Shown here: in pieces, positions 15,549 through 17,522 of the stretch
Numbering within the stretch: position 1 is the stretch's first letter
Layout: every line of letters begins with the position of its first letter
Source of the DNA: Halalkalibacterium halodurans
Lineage (GTDB): Bacteria; Bacillota; Bacilli; Bacillales; Bacillaceae_D
Length of the DNA stretch: 17,522 nucleotides
Assembly: GCF_004376175.1 (NCBI RefSeq)
Contig: NZ_SNUY01000076.1
Coordinates: 1 to 17,522 of the forward strand
Reading direction: 5' to 3'
Notes under the pieces: model-generated
Seen by the model: only the letters and a program-made list of their open reading frames with translations
Databases searched by the model: none
What the model was told of the DNA's origin: nothing
Made by a program: the position numbers and the translations under genes

Positions 15549-16649
15549 TTAAAACGTGTCCGATTCATAAGGGGCTGGCTGGTAAAAATAATTCGGCAAC
15601 ACCGTTTCGTCTTCATACTCATGATGGAAAATGTGCGTCGTCGCTGGGGAGACAGGTGGGATCAACCACGACCATCTTCCCGTTACCTTTCGATTGGCCG
15701 CCTGTTCCGCCTGCTCAAAACGAGCGAATTGCTTCGCAGCCGTATGATGATCGACAATGCTAACGCCTTCTTGCTTATAGGAATACAGGATGGCAACATT
15801 CAATTCAACGAGGGCTTTATCCTTCCAAAGCGTCGAGTCTTTTCCTGTGGGCAGCCCCATATGTTCCGCCATTTTTGGGAGGATGTTGTACCTGTCTTCA
15901 TCCGCTAAATTACGAGCACCGATTTCGGTTCCCATGTACCAGCCGTTAAAAGGAGCCGCTGGATAGTGGATGCCCCCCATTTCCAGACGCATGTTTGACA
16001 CGATCGGGACGGCATACCACTTGAGTTGAAACCCTGCAAACCAGTCATACTCTGGGTGGCGCAACGGTACCTCTTTTACCGACTCTTTCGGTATCGTGAA
16101 CCATTTCGCAGGCTTCGCTCCATCTTGGATGACTAAAGGAAGCACGTCAAAAGGCGTTCGCTCTCCGCTCCAGCCTAGCCGCTCACACGCCTGAGTAAAT
16201 TTTGTCGAAATCGGATCACCGATCACTTGGCCTCCCTCTTCATAGCCTGCGTAACGAATGAGCTGTTGATTCCAAATCCGCACATCACCTTTGTTCGGAT
16301 GGCGAGGACGAAAAACTGAAATCGTTGGGAGGATTTTCCCGTCATTCGTTGCATACGTAATATGATCTACGAGCGCTTCAGCCATTTCCTCTTCTGTTTG
16401 TAAATGGCGACAATCTAACACATGAAGCGATTCCCAAAAAAGGCGGCCTATGCAGCGATTGCTGTTCCGCCATGCCATCCGCGCCCCGTGAGCCAACTCT
16501 TTTGTCGTATGTACGTACGCCCCCGTTTTGTCAATCTCCTTGCGAACTTCCTCTAGCCGCTTCGACAATTCTCCTGTACTGCCTAGCTCCTCATAGCACT
16601 TCGTTAAAAAGGATTCCGCTTCCAATTGCAACCGTTCTTTCTCCTCCAT
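15549..16649 (-). CDS. nos: nitric oxide synthase oxygenase (bacterial NOS, no reductase domain)
   Basis: It contains the heme-thiolate loop [15 protein letters not shown], and also [26 protein letters not shown] and [12 protein letters not shown]. It aligns colinearly with B. subtilis YflM/NOS as I recall it. The ATG at 16649 (MEEKERL) is preceded by SD AGAGGTGG. Confidence 0.92.
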   Translation of the reverse strand: MEEKERLQLEAESFLTKCYEELGSTGELSKRLEEVRKEIDKTGAYVHTTKELAHGARMAWRNSNRCIGRLFWESLHVLDCRHLQTEEEMAEALVDHITYATNDGKILPTISVFRPRHPNKGDVRIWNQQLIRYAGYEEGGQVIGDPISTKFTQACERLGWSGERTPFDVLPLVIQDGAKPAKWFTIPKESVKEVPLRHPEYDWFAGFQLKWYAVPIVSNMRLEMGGIHYPAAPFNGWYMGTEIGARNLADEDRYNILPKMAEHMGLPTGKDSTLWKDKALVELNVAILYSYKQEGVSIVDHHTAAKQFARFEQAEQAANRKVTGRWSWLIPPVSPATTHIFHHEYEDETVLPNYFYQPAPYESDTF

Positions 16650-16819
16650 GCAACCACCTCTTATCACTCAAGAGTCTTTCTTTCATCATACGTGGTCACT
16701 AGCAAAAAAGGAAACAATATTACATCCTGAATTATTCATAAAAAACCTTTAATGCCCAAATAATGCTTATCTATCAAGGTATTGAGCTAAATGGTCCATG
16801 CATCAAATAAATGAAAAAA

Positions 16820-17522
16820 GAATCCATTTCTGATAAGGTTAAAACAACTACGAAATAACCACAGAAAGGATTCTTATAATGGCTACTTTACCGCAACTAA
16901 CACTAGATTTCAATCGTCAAATTAAATTGTCAACTGACGGAGGCTCTCTTTCTTCTGATACAGGTGAATTCGTTTTTCGAGAGTTTGATGAAAAAATCGG
17001 ATTCTCTGATACTCTTGTTCAACACCTGCATTTGAATGACGAGAGAAAGTACTATCTTCATTCGAATGAAAACCTCTTTCGTCAAAAGATTTATCAACTC
17101 ATCGCTGGTTATGCTGAGGATGATGCGGCCGATCAATTAACAAATGACCCCGTTTTTACACAAGTCATTGGAACAAATGCGTTAGCTTCTCAACCAAGTT
17201 TATCTCGCTTTTATACACGATTTGATCATGAGTCCATTGAACAATTACATCACGCTAACCAAGAACTTTTAGATAAAGTACATGAACTCAGAGAGTCAAA
17301 AGCACTCATCATTGATTTAGATTCAACACATGCTGACACATACGGCCAACAAGAATTTACAGCTTATAATACCCATTACGGGACTGTTGGCTTTCATCCA
17401 TTGGTTGCCTTCGATGGGATAACAGGCGATTTCCTAAAAGCCCAGCTACGCCCTGGAAATGTGTATACGTCCAATGGTGTTGTGGATTTTGTGGAACCAC
17501 TTATCAAACATTACAATGAAAA
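16820..17522 (+). mobile_element. IS1380-family insertion sequence (left part; left boundary not determinable)
   Basis: The call rests on the transposase ORF plus an upstream RBS-sequestering inverted repeat (16820-16832 / 16862-16873). The terminal inverted repeat cannot be defined without the right end of the element. Confidence 0.6.
16879..17522 (+). CDS. IS1380-family DDE transposase, N-terminal part (truncated by the window edge)
   Basis: The ATG at 16879 lies 8 nt downstream of AAAGGA, and the frame stays open to the end of the window, so it is absent from the ORF track (no stop codon). The translation is MATLPQLTLDFNRQIKLSTDGGSLSSDTGEFVFREFDEKIGFS...FRQKIYQLIAGYAEDDAADQLTNDPVF...IIDLDSTHADTYGQQE...YGTVGFHPLVAF. 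This matches the conserved IS1380 (DDE_Tnp_1-group) N-terminal pattern. Confidence 0.8.
   Translation, partial: MATLPQLTLDFNRQIKLSTDGGSLSSDTGEFVFREFDEKIGFSDTLVQHLHLNDERKYYLHSNENLFRQKIYQLIAGYAEDDAADQLTNDPVFTQVIGTNALASQPSLSRFYTRFDHESIEQLHHANQELLDKVHELRESKALIIDLDSTHADTYGQQEFTAYNTHYGTVGFHPLVAFDGITGDFLKAQLRPGNVYTSNGVVDFVEPLIKHYNE

Noticed and set aside
16930-17136. ORF 16930..17136 (-) of 68 aa.
   Set aside because: It lies antisense within the IS1380 transposase reading frame and has no recognisable motifs or RBS.
1-17522. CRISPR arrays, tRNA/rRNA genes, toxin-antitoxin pairs or recognisable defence-system genes.
   Set aside because: I saw no short regularly spaced direct repeats, no cloverleaf-like or rRNA-like segments, and no small overlapping gene pairs or nuclease, ATPase or retron-type reverse-transcriptase motifs. 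All large ORFs have ordinary metabolic, transport or mobile-element assignments.

Overview
The window looks like a chromosomal segment from a Bacillaceae-type Firmicute, judged by gene content, Shine-Dalgarno (SD) usage and riboswitch types. No species call is possible from the sequence alone.

Gene order, left to right:
- An MTHFS-family gene (-), divergent from a SAM-I (S-box) riboswitch that gates an uncharacterised Cys-rich ATP-grasp ligase (+).
- An Arg-specific T-box leader driving an E. coli-type arginyl-tRNA synthetase (-).
- A GPP34/GOLPH3-family gene plus a small DUF3052-like gene (-).
- A Vpr-like S8 serine protease (+), preceded by a helically phased T-tract array.
- A TPP riboswitch controlling thiT (-).
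- A GC-rich dyad repeat and a decayed IS1182-type transposase.
- A run of genes all on the minus strand: nos (reductase-less NO synthase oxygenase), a divergent GDH-family dehydrogenase, a DinB-family pseudogene, and fruR-fruK-fruA.
- The 5' part of an IS1380-family element, truncated by the right edge of the window.

No rRNA, tRNA or CRISPR array was seen.

The observations most worth follow-up are:
- the S-box-controlled ATP-grasp gene;
- the apparent nos/GDH-like bicistron, bracketed by decay and IS features;
- a 30-bp module of 10-bp-phased TGAYTG repeats at the fruR promoter that recurs (26/30 identical) on the far side of the DinB pseudogene.

All family assignments rest on motif recognition by eye. 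None was verified by a database search.
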